A stretch of DNA of 64,000 nt from a virus. Below the pieces are notes generated by a model. It was not told where the DNA came from, did not search any database, and saw only the letters and a program-made list of their open reading frames with translations. The translations under genes and the position numbers were made by a program. The DNA is taken from the IMG/VR virus record IMGVR_UViG_3300025322_000015, positions 1 through 64,000 of that record. One strand, written 5' to 3'. Positions 1 to 8,837 of the stretch are shown piece after piece; the first letter of the stretch is position 1; the number at the start of each line of letters is the position of its first letter.

Positions 1-669
1 GCTTTGCGCCGTGTCGATCTGCGCGTTTCCAGCAGCGGTCCAAGTCTTTGCAGAACCCCCAGCATTTACATCCGTAAATGTTGTAGAAGCATCCGCGCCG
101 TCCATGTGAAGCATCACTTTAGTGGTGCCACTATTCCCCACAACAACAGATCCACCACTACGCGCTACACCAAGAATAACGTTTCGAATGCTAAGAGCTA
201 AAGAGTCAGTGGCGCCACTCGTCAATCCTTGAGCGCTATCTCCATATGTTGTTACATTACCGAATACCTGCCATACAGAAATAGTAAAACCGTTGTGAGT
301 AGAATTCAAAAGTACATTGATATCACCTGCGGAGAAACTAGTAGGATCCACCAACCAGAAAGCTAGGAAAGTACTACCATTAGTTACTTCGAAAAGTTCC
401 TGACCGAGTTGACCATCAATCGATACTCCCTGCACACCTGGAGCATCAACAGACCGACCCTCCAACGCAATAATATACGTTCCCGATGCTGGGATTACCG
501 CCGAGAACGTGTTTTCTCGAGATTGTACTGGACTAACGGCTGAAGAGATAAACTCATATCCAATACCAAGAACGGTGGCGGTGGCTGCTGTATTCCAGCG
601 CTTCGTCCAGTCAGAAGCGGACAAGTCACTGTCCGCTTGGTACCCGCCAAATTTAGTTTTGTAAGCCAT
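1..669 (-). CDS. Tail protein with LamG/concanavalin-A-like domain (partial, runs off window start; not in ORF track)
   Basis: Translated by hand: ATG at 669, open to position 1 (MAYKTKFGGYQADSDLSASDWTKRW...KVMLHMDGADASTTFTDVNAGGSAKTWTAAGNAQIDTAQS). The LHMDGADASTTFTD..GNAQIDTAQS segment is typical of the start of phage LamG domains; directly follows the tape measure gene. Confidence 0.75.
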   Translation of the reverse strand, partial: MAYKTKFGGYQADSDLSASDWTKRWNTAATATVLGIGYEFISSAVSPVQSRENTFSAVIPASGTYIIALEGRSVDAPGVQGVSIDGQLGQELFEVTNGSTFLAFWLVDPTSFSAGDINVLLNSTHNGFTISVWQVFGNVTTYGDSAQGLTSGATDSLALSIRNVILGVARSGGSVVVGNSGTTKVMLHMDGADASTTFTDVNAGGSAKTWTAAGNAQIDTAQS

Positions 670-679
670 GCCCTACTCC

Positions 680-2989
680 CTACCGGCGAGTACCAACAAC
701 CTGATTACCGTACCGACCGCGCATGGAACCATCGAAGGCTCCACGGGTCATACCTTTATTCGTCTCTTCGATAACGAACCTGCGAATCTCTTCGCCGTCT
801 GATGACCGAGTAGAGTCTTCTTTAACTTGCGCACTTGAGTTATTGATGATCTGAACAGTAACCTTACCGTTATCATTTGCACCAGCAGGAACAACTCGTT
901 CACCCCGATTGAGAATCGCAGGCACCTCATTCGCGCCGAGGATCTGACCACCTTTGTGCATCCGGGGAGCACCAAAGAATGCAGCCATCGGCATTTCACG
1001 CTTCACACCACTACCGCTACCGGCGACACCACCCGTATGAAACAACGAGGCGATCATACTTCCAATGGCTCCACCACCACCACCGCCCGCACCCCCACCA
1101 AACAACGGTTGCAGCACAGCCATGCGGAGAGCGATAACAGCGATATCGGCGAGGATGGAACGAGTCAACTCATTAAAGTCGACCTTACCTGTCTCGATAA
1201 ATGAGCGGAAGGCTCCCTCCAGCCCACTCGAAATCGCTCCGGTGATATCCTCAATGAACTTCAAGTCCTTCTGGCGGAGCTCCTCCATCTTCTTCTGAGT
1301 GACTTCACCCAGTTGCCGGACAGCGTTCTCGTACTCCGTCTGAGAAATCAACTTCTTTTCGAGAAGCTCTTTAAACTTGGCAAGCTCGCGTTCTTGCTCA
1401 ACCTCGATAAGACGTTTATTCTGTTTAGTGCTCTCGAGGTATTCAGATTCCAACCGCTGGAGAGCTTCTTGCGCTGCCTTACGCTTCGCTAGGCCACCTT
1501 CAACATCTACAGCGGCGGGAGGTGTAACATCGTCAAGCTGCTCTTTTACTTTTGCTGCCGGAGCCTTGAGAGCAGTTTGTACCTGCTGTTGCTGCATGAG
1601 AAATTCATGCGTGGTCGTCATATTCTCGACCATCTTCTTGCGACCGGCTTCAAGAGCTGCGATCTGACCCGCACCTGCTCGATTGGTCCGCAAACGCTCA
1701 ATGGCGCGATCAACCTGATCGAGTTCGGCTTGCTGCGAAGATAATGTATTTCGAAGAACCGCGGCTGACTGCTCTTGAAGGGGGGCCATGCCCTTTAGAG
1801 CGGCAGTCATTGCATTGAGTGCGGAAGTAGCCTTATCAGCGAGATACTCGAAAGCCTTACCAAGGCCGCTTTCACCGATAGCCACCGCTAGTCCGGATGC
1901 CGCTGTACCTAATTGCAGCATCGCGCCTTTGAGACCCTCCATCTGAATCTCAGAGACGCGTTTGGCGACATCACCTGTATTCTGCAAGTTCTTTGTAAAC
2001 TTGTCGAACTCGTCCGCGCCCGCTTTCGTAAGAGCTGCAATGCCCTGGAAAGGTCGAGCGCCGAAGACAGTGAACATATCCTCTAAGCCGCGTGCTCCCG
2101 CCTTGGCCATCGGTTCGAACTGTCGAATAACATCGCTAAGAGGCTTAAACTTCCCTGAGGCATCAACTACCGAGATGCCCCAAGCCTTCATCACCTTGCG
2201 GGCTTCCTCTGTGGGGCCAACAAGTCGTGTGATGATACCGCGGAGGGCTGTACCTGCGGTTGAGCCTTTGGTACCCGCTTGCGCCATCAAGCCCATGGCA
2301 GCGGCTACTTCTTCGAGACTAACACCTGCTGTCTCGGAGATCCCCGATGCGTACTTAAAGGCATACGCAAGTTCGGTAACACCAGTAGTAGAATCTATAC
2401 TGGTTTTGGTTAGGACGTTAACCGCACGGTCGAGGTCTTTGACTGACAGACCCATGCCAGTCATGATGTTGACAACGGCTTCAGTAGACGTGGCCAGATC
2501 GAGACCCTCAACGGCTGCAAGTTGTAGCGTACTCGCAACACCACCGTAGACCTGACCGGCAGACATTCCGGCCTTGGCCATGAGGGTCATCGCCTCAGCA
2601 ACCTGCTCGGCCGAGTACCGAGTAGAACTACCGAGTTCTTGGGCCTTGGTATTGAGAAGCGCGAACTCTGATCCTGTTGTGTTCAGGACCGCCCGCACGG
2701 TATTCATGTTGTATTCGAAGCTAGCGAACTGATCTGAGACTTTGTAGAGCGCAAAGCCAGCAGTCAAGGTGCCTAGGAACGCAAACTGTCGCGTGAATGC
2801 TGCAATAGCTCCTGATGCTCGCGAGGAAGCAGAACCCATAGCGTCGAACTGCTTAGCCGTTCCAGCAGTTGTTCGAGTTGCCGTCGAACTGAACTTCTGC
2901 AACTCCATACGCGCCCGTTCGAGATCGCGTAGGAATAGCTGCATATTTGCACGGACGGCGACTTCCACAGATCCAGCTACTTGGGTCAT
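680..2989 (-). CDS. Tail tape measure protein (TP901-type core)
   Basis: 769 aa, Ala/Gly-rich helical; AQELGSSTRYSAEQVAEAMTLMAKAG and GTKGSTAGTALR motifs; C-terminal FHTGG..EVPAILNRGERV; downstream of the tail chaperone genes. Confidence 0.95.
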   Translation of the reverse strand: MTQVAGSVEVAVRANMQLFLRDLERARMELQKFSSTATRTTAGTAKQFDAMGSASSRASGAIAAFTRQFAFLGTLTAGFALYKVSDQFASFEYNMNTVRAVLNTTGSEFALLNTKAQELGSSTRYSAEQVAEAMTLMAKAGMSAGQVYGGVASTLQLAAVEGLDLATSTEAVVNIMTGMGLSVKDLDRAVNVLTKTSIDSTTGVTELAYAFKYASGISETAGVSLEEVAAAMGLMAQAGTKGSTAGTALRGIITRLVGPTEEARKVMKAWGISVVDASGKFKPLSDVIRQFEPMAKAGARGLEDMFTVFGARPFQGIAALTKAGADEFDKFTKNLQNTGDVAKRVSEIQMEGLKGAMLQLGTAASGLAVAIGESGLGKAFEYLADKATSALNAMTAALKGMAPLQEQSAAVLRNTLSSQQAELDQVDRAIERLRTNRAGAGQIAALEAGRKKMVENMTTTHEFLMQQQQVQTALKAPAAKVKEQLDDVTPPAAVDVEGGLAKRKAAQEALQRLESEYLESTKQNKRLIEVEQERELAKFKELLEKKLISQTEYENAVRQLGEVTQKKMEELRQKDLKFIEDITGAISSGLEGAFRSFIETGKVDFNELTRSILADIAVIALRMAVLQPLFGGGAGGGGGGAIGSMIASLFHTGGVAGSGSGVKREMPMAAFFGAPRMHKGGQILGANEVPAILNRGERVVPAGANDNGKVTVQIINNSSAQVKEDSTRSSDGEEIRRFVIEETNKGMTRGAFDGSMRGRYGNQVVGTRR

Positions 2990-3288
2990 ACTACTTTCGC
3001 TTTCGCTTTCTTCTTAGGAAGTTTCACCTTACCCGTACGTACAAGAAGGTTGTGCGTCTTTGCGAACTGTTTAATATCGTTCGCTTTCGCTCTTTTCTGC
3101 GGAGGTTCCTGTTCCCTAGATCCGAAGAGCATCTGGAACATCGACATCCGACCCTGGTACGCGTATACTAGATAGTTAATGTCGCATGCTAGGGCTTGTT
3201 CTTGAGGCCAACCGAGCCAGCCCGCTGCAAATTCTAACAGCTTGCCATAATATTCCGATAGGCTTACAGGCTCGGCTCCTGAGGGTTT
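2986..3288 (-). CDS. Tail assembly chaperone -1 frameshift extension (gpT-like part of a gpGT fusion)
   Basis: Open -1 frame from the slippery site (KPSGAEPVSLSEYYGKLLEFAAGWLGWPQEQALACDINYL...KKKAKAKVV*), with its TGA overlapping the tape measure ATG. Confidence 0.8.
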   Translation of the reverse strand, partial: KPSGAEPVSLSEYYGKLLEFAAGWLGWPQEQALACDINYLVYAYQGRMSMFQMLFGSREQEPPQKRAKANDIKQFAKTHNLLVRTGKVKLPKKKAKAKVV

Positions 3289-3644
3289 TCTTCTTCTTTC
3301 TTCTCATCCTCCGAACCTTCGTCTTCGATCGGCCGACCGCCGTTGTTGACGATGTGGATGAATGAGATCAGGGATGCTCGGAGATTCACGAGACCTGTAC
3401 GATACACCTTCTCCTGAAGATCTTTGTTGGTCGTTCGGCGAAGACCAATGCCAACAACAGCGACGACCGTATCGAAGTCCATCGCCATAATCTTAGTGGC
3501 GGTGTCGTGTGGATTCCCATGAAGCCGAGAAATCCTCAGGCAGGCTTCCAATGTTGGCTTCAGGAAAAGATCTTCCCCATCGAGGGTGATAGGGACGTCG
3601 CCTGAGCCAGGCAGCGGTAGGTTCTTTGTCATTGCTTGTTCCAT
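3264..3644 (-). CDS. Tail assembly chaperone (gpG-like)
   Basis: 126 aa between tail tube and tape measure genes; acidic C-terminus ends just after a slippery heptamer. Confidence 0.8.
   Translation of the reverse strand: MEQAMTKNLPLPGSGDVPITLDGEDLFLKPTLEACLRISRLHGNPHDTATKIMAMDFDTVVAVVGIGLRRTTNKDLQEKVYRTGLVNLRASLISFIHIVNNGGRPIEDEGSEDEKKEEENPQEPSL
3282..3288 (-). other. -1 programmed ribosomal frameshift heptamer A-AAC-CCT
   Basis: Fits X-XXY-YYZ in the gpG reading frame (GAA AAC CCT CAG), 5 codons before the TAA; the -1 frame stays open for 100 codons up to the TMP start. Confidence 0.7.
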
Positions 3645-3671
3645 TCCAACGATTTTACGCTAGCCGTGAGC

Positions 3672-3765
3672 CGGCGAATCTGCGGCGCTCGCTCGCGGAA
3701 GCGGTGCCTCTGGTACGGTAGCAGCGGCGAGACCGTTAGGGCCCGTCGCTCGTCCAGATTTGCCG
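3672..3765. repeat. Intergenic palindromic element, copy A
   Basis: Arms cggcgaatctg / cagatttgccg; the core 3674-3731 matches the reverse complement of 45633-45690 in three blocks (9, 17 and 20 bp) with identical 6-bp spacer lengths. Confidence 0.8.
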
Positions 3766-3769
3766 CCGA

Positions 3770-4237
3770 TTAAGTCGCAGTGACCTCGAGGATCTCGGTA
3801 TTGATACCGACCATGAACGTCTGCCGAACGACGTTATTCACCTGACCCACGTTCCGACTCTTCGACATCACCTTGCCGCTGAAGAACAGCGTGGACGGCG
3901 CGCCTGCAGGAGTAATGTTGTCGTTCAGCGTGACTTTGAAGTTGTAATCAAAGTCGGACAAGAACGCGGCGAGGAGTGCATCCTGTCCAACATCCTCGGG
4001 ATCGGAACCGCAGATGATAGTCATTGTTCCTGCGTTGAACGATCCTTTGAACTTCCGAGTACGACGATCCTTCAAGGCTGTGAAGGTGACTTCCTCAGCC
4101 GTGTCGCCGAACTCGCCGAGGTCCTCGACTTCGCCGACCTCAATGTAGCTATCGGCCTCGTAGTCCGTCACGTCATTCGCCTGACCTGTAGTACCGATAA
4201 ACACTCGGGATTGGGCGGCTGTATTGACTGTCATCAA
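3770..4237 (-). CDS. Major tail (tube) protein
   Basis: 155 aa; EVGEVEDLGEFGDTAEEVTFTALKDRRTRKFKGSFNAG is typical of siphovirus tail tube proteins; position fits. Confidence 0.9.
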   Translation of the reverse strand: MMTVNTAAQSRVFIGTTGQANDVTDYEADSYIEVGEVEDLGEFGDTAEEVTFTALKDRRTRKFKGSFNAGTMTIICGSDPEDVGQDALLAAFLSDFDYNFKVTLNDNITPAGAPSTLFFSGKVMSKSRNVGQVNNVVRQTFMVGINTEILEVTAT

Positions 4238-4249
4238 ATATCCTTTCTA

Positions 4250-4675
4250 CTACTCCGCTACCAAACGAATGGTTAGCGTTACTACTCGAGCTACGTGATT
4301 AAAGTCATCTGTGGGGCCAGGGATAGGCCCTACGGCGACTACGTCAACAACATGAAAACCTGAAATGGTAAAGGAATCGCGTTGCCTATGAAACTTCGTA
4401 CGGAGGAGGTCAGCCAGCTGCTCAACTACACGATACTGACTATCCTGTTCCCCGTACGCGATGATATCACGAACGAGGATGGGACGCCGAGATACCAATC
4501 CATCCTCGTCCGTGACTCCGACGTTGGCCGAAACGATCAACATCGGATATCCTGCTTCTTCTGGAACCGGCCTTCTTGTATGAATGGACGGACCCGAAAG
4601 AAATGTTCCTAGTAGACTCGTTATCGCCGCATCAGCACTCAACGCTGCGTATAGCGGGGCCGCCAAATCCATCAC
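4250..4675 (-). CDS. Tail terminator/completion protein (DUF3168-like)
   Basis: 141 aa; LYAALSADAAITSLLG...GYP N-terminus; lies immediately before the tail tube gene. Confidence 0.75.
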   Translation of the reverse strand: MMDLAAPLYAALSADAAITSLLGTFLSGPSIHTRRPVPEEAGYPMLIVSANVGVTDEDGLVSRRPILVRDIIAYGEQDSQYRVVEQLADLLRTKFHRQRDSFTISGFHVVDVVAVGPIPGPTDDFNHVARVVTLTIRLVAE

Positions 4676-5094
4676 TTACCTCCGCTGGCAAGATACGCGC
4701 GAACCTCAAGCGCTACCAGATTATCAATCGATCGAGCGTGCTGCAACAAAGCTGGTCTGAGGTACGGACGCGGTTCCATCTTCGCTGTTCCATATTCAAG
4801 TGCGGCCGCGTACTTGGCACCAGCATTGACGTAGACAGTAAGACTTTTGACATCAGGACGAATGGTTATCGAGTTGTTCAACGTTCCGATATCAGCCGCT
4901 GGTGGTTCTCCTGGAGCAGATGCCTGATGCGCTACACCTCTACGATGATACACAATACCGGTCTTCGGACCCTCAATGATTGAGTCCACTGCTGTGTTAC
5001 GAACATCATTCGCAGCAGTGATCAACCCCCGCATGACAGCACTGCGGATACCTGCTGAGATTCGCTTCCCGTTCCAGGTAATTGGGGATGCCAT
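4672..5094 (-). CDS. HK97 gp10-like neck/tail-completion protein
   Basis: HQASAPGEPPAADIGTLNNSI and YAAALEYGTAKMEPRPYLRPAL motifs. Confidence 0.9.
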   Translation of the reverse strand: MASPITWNGKRISAGIRSAVMRGLITAANDVRNTAVDSIIEGPKTGIVYHRRGVAHQASAPGEPPAADIGTLNNSITIRPDVKSLTVYVNAGAKYAAALEYGTAKMEPRPYLRPALLQHARSIDNLVALEVRAYLASGGK

Positions 5095-5723
5095 TACGCC
5101 ACCTTTTTAAAGATGTGCCGAACGAACGGAAGCAACGCCGTTCCTTGATCTTTGTAGTCTCCAATCGTTCCTGTACAGGTGAGTCCCACGCCCTCGAGTG
5201 CTTGCCGAGCTTCTGGTTTGTGCAGATCGATTATCAGCACACCTCCTCGATCTAACAAGTGTGGCACGAGATTCAGATAACAGTCTACAGGATAATGCAG
5301 CCCCCAAGACTTGAGCGAGATCACCAGGTCAACGCTTTTGGTTGGCCACGTCGGTACGATCTTGAGCAACCTCGATGTATTTGCCTGCACGAACTCGACG
5401 GCGTCAGCAACGTTATTCCAAGGCTCGGATACGTCACGATACTCGCCATGCCGCTCGTGCGACCCATCACCGTCAACAAGATAGAGAGTTGTGACCGGCC
5501 GCTCGGCAACGAGAACGACATCAATCGCACCAAGCCCGCAACCGATATCGAGGACCCGTTCTACGTCTTTGCCGATGTACGGGGATAGGGCTTCAAACTG
5601 TTTCCGCGCACGCATAGCCTGACGTTCGCACGTTCTTTGAACGCTAGCAGCATCGCCCTTGTGTCGTAGTAGATACGCGATTGCGGATTCAGGGAAGGAC
5701 AAACCCTCGTACACTTGCATCAC
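5094..5723 (-). CDS. Class I SAM-dependent methyltransferase (paralog of 35247-35888)
   Basis: VLDIGCGLG motif I, acidic VDGD, DLVISLKSWGLHYP, GGVLIID. Confidence 0.85.
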   Translation of the reverse strand: MMQVYEGLSFPESAIAYLLRHKGDAASVQRTCERQAMRARKQFEALSPYIGKDVERVLDIGCGLGAIDVVLVAERPVTTLYLVDGDGSHERHGEYRDVSEPWNNVADAVEFVQANTSRLLKIVPTWPTKSVDLVISLKSWGLHYPVDCYLNLVPHLLDRGGVLIIDLHKPEARQALEGVGLTCTGTIGDYKDQGTALLPFVRHIFKKVA

Positions 5724-6556
5724 AATACTTTCTTTACGAGCATCGGCCGGATTGCAGCCCAGGCCACGCCTGATTTAAATTCATCCCAAGACCATTGATG
5801 GTACGCCAAGTCGTTCAGGACTGCGATAACTTCTTCTGCGAAGACCAACAGAGGATTCTCGATTTTGGTTAGGTCGGCAGTTGAAATGTTTACAGTTACC
5901 GCGTCACCAAGAACTATTGTAGGGACACCTGACAGCACCGACTCAAGCACGATGCTCGATCCAACTGTTACCAGGGCGTGCGCACCCTGCAAATCTTCTT
6001 GTACAGTTCTGCCCTGAGGAGATTGAGTTGTGCCCGGAACAGAGAAGACAGGATTCTGATTTGGTTTGCAGCGATGAATAATCGGTCTGTCTGTAAAGCG
6101 TCGGATCTTCTCAACTACTGAAACTGCATATTCTTGTGGGGAAGGAAGTCCACGCCATTCGTGCTCTACTTCATTTGAGGAGGCCAGAACGATATGGTTT
6201 CCAGACCTCCTCCAAGGATGGAAGAGCCAATTGAACGCTTTGCGCCGATTATCTGGAAAACCGTAGGTCCCAAGAGTAAACCCAGGCTCGGTTCCATCAA
6301 ATGCAATCCGCTGCCATTCGTGAGTGCGAGTGTATCCTTTATCGAAGTAGAGCAAAGGAATCTGCTTTGCCTCAGCATGGTCGAGAAGCTCTTTCCGCCT
6401 AACGCGGTACATCACAATAGCATCGGCCTGATTATCGACATCGCCGAAGACTGGGTACTCTGTTACGGTATCGCCCTGTGCCAAAAGCGCAGTACGAAAG
6501 ACGCCAGCGAATTGTTGGCATCTCTCTTTTTCACTTCTGTAGAAGGCGATATGCAT
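5720..6556 (-). CDS. GT-B-like glycosyltransferase (KpsS/KpsC capsule-synthesis-like); start trimmed to MHIAFYRS at 6556
   Basis: YFDKGY, IIHRCKP, HALVTVGSSIVLESVLSGVP, LNDLAYHQWSWDEFKSG; the ATG overlaps the upstream stop codon (TGATG). Confidence 0.7.
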   Translation of the reverse strand: MHIAFYRSEKERCQQFAGVFRTALLAQGDTVTEYPVFGDVDNQADAIVMYRVRRKELLDHAEAKQIPLLYFDKGYTRTHEWQRIAFDGTEPGFTLGTYGFPDNRRKAFNWLFHPWRRSGNHIVLASSNEVEHEWRGLPSPQEYAVSVVEKIRRFTDRPIIHRCKPNQNPVFSVPGTTQSPQGRTVQEDLQGAHALVTVGSSIVLESVLSGVPTIVLGDAVTVNISTADLTKIENPLLVFAEEVIAVLNDLAYHQWSWDEFKSGVAWAAIRPMLVKKVL

Positions 6557-6927
6557 CAGGTAGGATCCGCTATCTGAAAGCTTTGTAGTTCCCAAGTTGC
6601 TATCGCCGGATCTTTGCCAAGTGCGCGGACCTGGTACCACACACCTCGGAAGCGAACTTGATCATCTTTACGAGGGTCGATAGAAAGGCTACCGGCGATG
6701 ATCAGAAGCTTTACGTCTGACTCGGGAATGCCCGCAGTAGCTTTCTGAAAAACAGAGAAGGTGTCGACGAAACCTTCTAGATTGTAGTTGGTGTAAGTTC
6801 TGCTCGGATCCCCGTTTGCGTCAACTGTGCTGCTGAGCGTCGCTCTGCGCAGAATCCCTTTTAGCAACCTTCCTTGGAAGCCTTTGTGGATCGCGTTCCT
6901 TAACTGGGTTTCCAGAAACGACGCCAT
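6556..6927 (-). CDS. Head closure / head-tail joining protein
   Basis: 123 aa; DPRKDDQVRFRGVWYQVRALGKDPAIATWELQ beta-barrel motif of gpFII/gp16-like proteins; position in neck region. Confidence 0.75.
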   Translation of the reverse strand: MASFLETQLRNAIHKGFQGRLLKGILRRATLSSTVDANGDPSRTYTNYNLEGFVDTFSVFQKATAGIPESDVKLLIIAGSLSIDPRKDDQVRFRGVWYQVRALGKDPAIATWELQSFQIADPT

Positions 6928-7291
6928 CTTCAGCTTCCTTCTCTTTCCGTTGGACGATCTCGGCCAAAGCGATTGTTTTGGCCCGATCGCTTCCCGGTCT
7001 TGGGGTCTTCTGTCGCTGCGCCAACCAACTCACGATAGCAGCGGTCGGCAGTTGTTTAAAATCAATAGAATGCGGAACTACAAGCGTGTTGGGTACCGAG
7101 TCACCCTGTACGATAAAGCGCTGTTCGAACAACTGACGTAGCCGTCGAGTTGTTAGGAGCGTCTTATCGATCACATCACCATCTTTGAATTCCTGACCGT
7201 TAAGACGAATCCCACGACGAACAGTAAATTCACAATCACGATTGAAAGGTAGCGGACGAGGAAATGCTGTATACCTGGACATTGTTGCCAT
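6821..7291 (-). CDS. Conserved post-capsid hypothetical protein (possible small helical SAP/HeH-like domain)
   Basis: Follows the MCP gene; FTVRRGIRLNGQEFKDGD..RRLRQLFEQRFI; the 3' end overlaps the head-closure gene. Confidence 0.5.
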   Translation of the reverse strand: MATMSRYTAFPRPLPFNRDCEFTVRRGIRLNGQEFKDGDVIDKTLLTTRRLRQLFEQRFIVQGDSVPNTLVVPHSIDFKQLPTAAIVSWLAQRQKTPRPGSDRAKTIALAEIVQRKEKEAEDGVVSGNPVKERDPQRLPRKVAKRDSAQSDAQQHS

Positions 7292-7342
7292 TCCTTTTAT
7301 TCCAGGATTAATCTATAGTACTAAAGCTAGTCAATTACTAGC

Positions 7343-8350
7343 TTAGATCACCACGTCGTTGAAGAACACGCCGAGGTCGGCCGACACGCGCTGAAGATCC
7401 CACGCCATACGACCCTGGAAGAAGTCGCTGTGCGCGCGATCGTCACGACCGGACTCGATGACGCCGCCCATCGCATTCGTGGCGCCGGGGATCAGGCCGG
7501 TCCAGGCGAAGTTGGCAATTGCCGTCGGAGAGTCGAGACCGGGATTCGGCTCGATGTACGCCAGCAGCATCGCCTTCTTGTCGACGATGAAGTTGAAGCT
7601 GTCCGTGGCACCTTCGGCCGCCGCATTGTAGACAGAACGAGCAGTCACGACCTGGTCGACGTCGAACAGGGCTGCCAGGATCATATCGTCGGCCACGCCG
7701 TGCTGGACGTATTTGATGCGGTCAGCGATATCGGGATGGGAGCGCAGAGTCCGTTTCACGTCGGCACCAAGAACGAGCTTATTCGGCATGTAGCCGGTAA
7801 GTTCGTTCATCGCATCCTTCGCCGCATCGATAACGCCGATCGGATCGGAGGAGGCATCGCTGAATTGCAGGAACTGGAGGTTGCCGGGAGTTGAGGCGAC
7901 ACCTTCATAGTTCGTGGTCCAGACGCCGGTGCGGAAGAAGTTCTGCGCCCAGACACGGTCCTGTTTGATGAGATGCTTCTGCGTGAGCAGGATCGTGGCG
8001 TTCTCGTCGAGCCGGATCGGATCGTCGGCGTTCGCGCGCTGACGGTCATCGACAGTATGCTCCAGCGCGAACTCGACAGCGCTGTAGGTGCCCTCACCGA
8101 TCTTGTAGCCGACCTGAACGGGACGACCACCGAGCGGGCGGGGAGCAGCCTCATCGCGCCAGAAGTAACCGCGATCGTAAACGACGAACTTGTCGGTCTG
8201 TTTGAGGACCGGAATCACCGAGGCGCAGCTCTGTGCGATGAACCGCGCCGAATCCTGAACGAACATCACGGAGAAGTCGGTCAGGTAGCGGTCGATGTGC
8301 AACGTCCCTTCGATGTTCGTTGCCGAAGGGGAATTCTTTTGAATACGCAT
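7343..8350 (-). CDS. Major capsid protein (HK97 fold, lambda gpE-like family)
   Basis: 335 aa, GC-rich host-like codons; HIDRYLTDFSV, YDRGYFWRDEA, DVDQVVTARSVYN; follows the scaffold and decoration genes. Confidence 0.9.
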   Translation of the reverse strand: MRIQKNSPSATNIEGTLHIDRYLTDFSVMFVQDSARFIAQSCASVIPVLKQTDKFVVYDRGYFWRDEAAPRPLGGRPVQVGYKIGEGTYSAVEFALEHTVDDRQRANADDPIRLDENATILLTQKHLIKQDRVWAQNFFRTGVWTTNYEGVASTPGNLQFLQFSDASSDPIGVIDAAKDAMNELTGYMPNKLVLGADVKRTLRSHPDIADRIKYVQHGVADDMILAALFDVDQVVTARSVYNAAAEGATDSFNFIVDKKAMLLAYIEPNPGLDSPTAIANFAWTGLIPGATNAMGGVIESGRDDRAHSDFFQGRMAWDLQRVSADLGVFFNDVVI

Positions 8351-8398
8351 ATACTTCTACTCCAGAACCAGATTAAACCTGATCGCGACTCGAAAGAG

Positions 8399-8782
8399 TT
8401 ACGCCACAGTGCCCGGGATCAGCGTGACCGGAATCACGTCGCCGGAAACACCAGCCACGAGTGCGACGCCGATCGAGTAGAGCGCCGAAGTCGCTGCGAC
8501 ACCAAGGCCGGACGCATTGGACATCACACGCTGACCGGCCTGAACCGTGCCACCGAGCTTCACCTTGGCGATGCCGAGCATCTGAATGGTGGCCGGCTCG
8601 TCAGCAACAGCCTCCTCGTACAGGGTGCCGATCGCCAACGCACCGTTGCCGGCGAGAACCAACTTCTGCTGCTGGTTGAGTGCGACGATTTTATTCAGAT
8701 CACCGGTGAAATCTTCACCAGCCGTCTCCGAATACATGAATTCCGCAGGCACACGAAAGATTGCCATTTCCGTTTTCTCCAA
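8399..8782 (-). CDS. Capsid decoration/cement protein (DUF2190-like)
   Basis: 127 aa; GIAKVKLGGTVQAGQRVMSNASGLGVAA..GVALVAGVSGDVIPV pattern; immediately upstream of MCP. Confidence 0.8.
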   Translation of the reverse strand: MEKTEMAIFRVPAEFMYSETAGEDFTGDLNKIVALNQQQKLVLAGNGALAIGTLYEEAVADEPATIQMLGIAKVKLGGTVQAGQRVMSNASGLGVAATSALYSIGVALVAGVSGDVIPVTLIPGTVA

Positions 8783-8837
8783 ATCTTCAGTAAGGAATCA
8801 AGGTCGGGGGCTGAGATTCTACACCCAGCCCTCTCGA

